From a virus, in the IMG/VR virus record IMGVR_UViG_3300028920_000032, positions 64,001 to 128,000 of that record: a stretch of DNA of 64,000 bases. One strand, 5' to 3'. A model generated the notes under the pieces. The model was not told where the DNA came from and searched no databases. It worked only from the letters and a program-made list of their open reading frames with translations. This document shows positions 62,416-64,000 of the stretch, in pieces. The translations under genes were made by a program, and so were the position numbers. The first letter of the stretch is position 1. Each line of letters starts with the position of its first letter.

Positions 62416-62835
62416 TTATAACAATTTATATTCTTTTGTTAGTTTGTCTATTTTTTCAGAATCATCTGGGCCAATAGCAATACAAGTAGTTGTTCGATTT
62501 CCAGCAAATTCTGTAAATCCACTGTCTACTATTACAGCATGTGGAATTTTTAAACATTGTGCTTTTTTAGCCAAATCATATATTTCATCTTCACTATCAC
62601 AAGAGACAACTACTTTAGTAAATCCTTCAGTAATCCATTTTTGCATTTCATCAGTTGCTGGAAAAATATACCAATCAATATATTGTGAATCTTCATAATC
62701 TAAAGTAAGTCTTGACATCCTATCAACAAATACTTTCAATGAAGCATGTGCAACTTGAGCTGCTACTTTTCCCTTACGCATGTTGAGATCTTTTCTTACA
62801 ACAATAACTTGTTTAACTTTTGAAATATTATTCAT
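62416..62835 (-). CDS. pth2: Peptidyl-tRNA hydrolase 2 (Pth2)
   Basis: KQVIVVRKDL.M.KGK.AAQ.AHA, KVVV, DSG.TE, T..AIGP, L. Confidence 0.93.
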   Translation of the reverse strand: MNNISKVKQVIVVRKDLNMRKGKVAAQVAHASLKVFVDRMSRLTLDYEDSQYIDWYIFPATDEMQKWITEGFTKVVVSCDSEDEIYDLAKKAQCLKIPHAVIVDSGFTEFAGNRTTTCIAIGPDDSEKIDKLTKEYKLL

Positions 62836-64000
62836 CTTTTAACCTCTTATAAAATTTAAGATCTTCTTTGACTTTATTACATACTATAAATGGCATTATG
62901 GGATTTAAGTCCAGAAAAGTTGCAACATCTGTGGTCAATTCTTCATGTGCCCCTTGACCAAGTATTAATATCCATATAAAAAATCTATTCTTGTACCAAA
63001 ATAATATTTCTTGACAGCCAGTTTTAATAAATTTAAATTGGAGACCATATTCATGCAAATAATTATGCACATCTTGAAATTCTTCAAGAGTAGTATTATA
63101 TTCATTAGAACGATAAAAGACATCATCGCTATCTAAACTTTCTTTTTCAAAAAGTTCATTCATTACTTTATCAAAAAGCTCTTGAGTCATTCTACCATTT
63201 AAGCACAATACTTCTTTTTCAAAATCTTCTGGACTATAGTCCAGTAAAATATTAGCCATTTTTTCTTATTTCGTAGTTTCTGAATCTACTAATTTAAAAA
63301 ATAGTCTATAATCATTGCCAAGTTTATAAGCAACAAAACCACCTGCTTCTAAACTTGAATAATTGTCCTTGCTAGTAATTAAGCCGTCTATAACTGCTTC
63401 AGCTCTTCTTCTTAATTGGCTTTCTAAGTCAGAATTCCATAAATCGAAACGCTCTCTTATTGGATAACTGCCATATATACATCTTACCAATCTTTTAAAA
63501 TCAAACTTTTCAAGTAATTTGTCTTTTGTTTCTAGTAATAAATTCTTAGTTAGTTCTTTAGTTTCTTTTGACGATGTCATCATCTAGACTCCCTTCTACT
63601 ACATCTATCTTTTCAGTCTTTAAAGTTTCTTTTTCACTACCTGCTGCAGAATTAAATATAGTTTTAAGTGCAGTCATCATATTACTTACAATCGTTTTTA
63701 TTGTATCTGGTACACCATCACTAGACATAGTTTCTTTTTCTAGTTCGTCAAGAACTTCTTGAACACTACTGACTTTTATATATTGTTCACCTTTTACATT
63801 CAAAAATTCCATATTACCTCCTATTCATCACATTTTATATGCTGTTTTTTATTTTTATTTATATTTTCTTCTTCAAGACGATTAAAACCAACTGGTAGTT
63901 GTTTGAAAACAGATGCATCCATTTTAGTAAATGCAATATATTGCCTTAAACAAGCTAAAGCAAAACCTAAATGTTTTGAAGCTTCAATAGTAGCATTTCT

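Noticed and set aside
302-63762. Most short + strand ORFs in the track overlapping minus-strand genes (e.g. 302..613, 4692..5009, 36241..36675, 39511..39966)
   Set aside because: Antisense shadows of well-supported genes; no SD or motifs
1-64000. Stop-codon reassignment
   Set aside because: Known genes are full length in code 11 and end in TAA, TAG and TGA; no suppressor anticodon among the 7 tRNAs

Overview
A very AT-rich, gene-dense segment of a large (jumbo/T4-superfamily-like) dsDNA phage genome, mostly coded on the minus strand, standard genetic code. Replication genes: gp32-like SSB, probable gp59-like loader, and a DnaE-type polymerase split into two intein-free genes in permuted order. 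Nucleotide-modification genes: two thymidylate-synthase-fold enzymes, kinase, HD nucleotidase, all-alpha NTPase, dUTPase, dCMP deaminase. It also has two paralogous AAA+/HExxH-peptidase/VWA modules, a sigma-like factor, 7 tRNAs without CCA, a CCA-adding enzyme, bS21 with a non-AUG start, peptide deformylase, Pth2 and a GGQ release factor. The most striking locus is a Ro60/TROVE gene preceded by about 850 nt of structured non-coding DNA holding three Y-RNA-like elements: one (~324 nt) carries RNase P RNA landmark motifs in collinear order, and one sits in the Ro60 5' leader as an apparent two-state switch. Three recurrent promoter-like motifs are visible, two of which place ATG at a fixed distance (probable leaderless mRNAs). 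tRNA-Arg(GCG)+(TCG) and the lipoproteins hint at a spirochaete-like host (inference). All calls are by eye; no searches were run.
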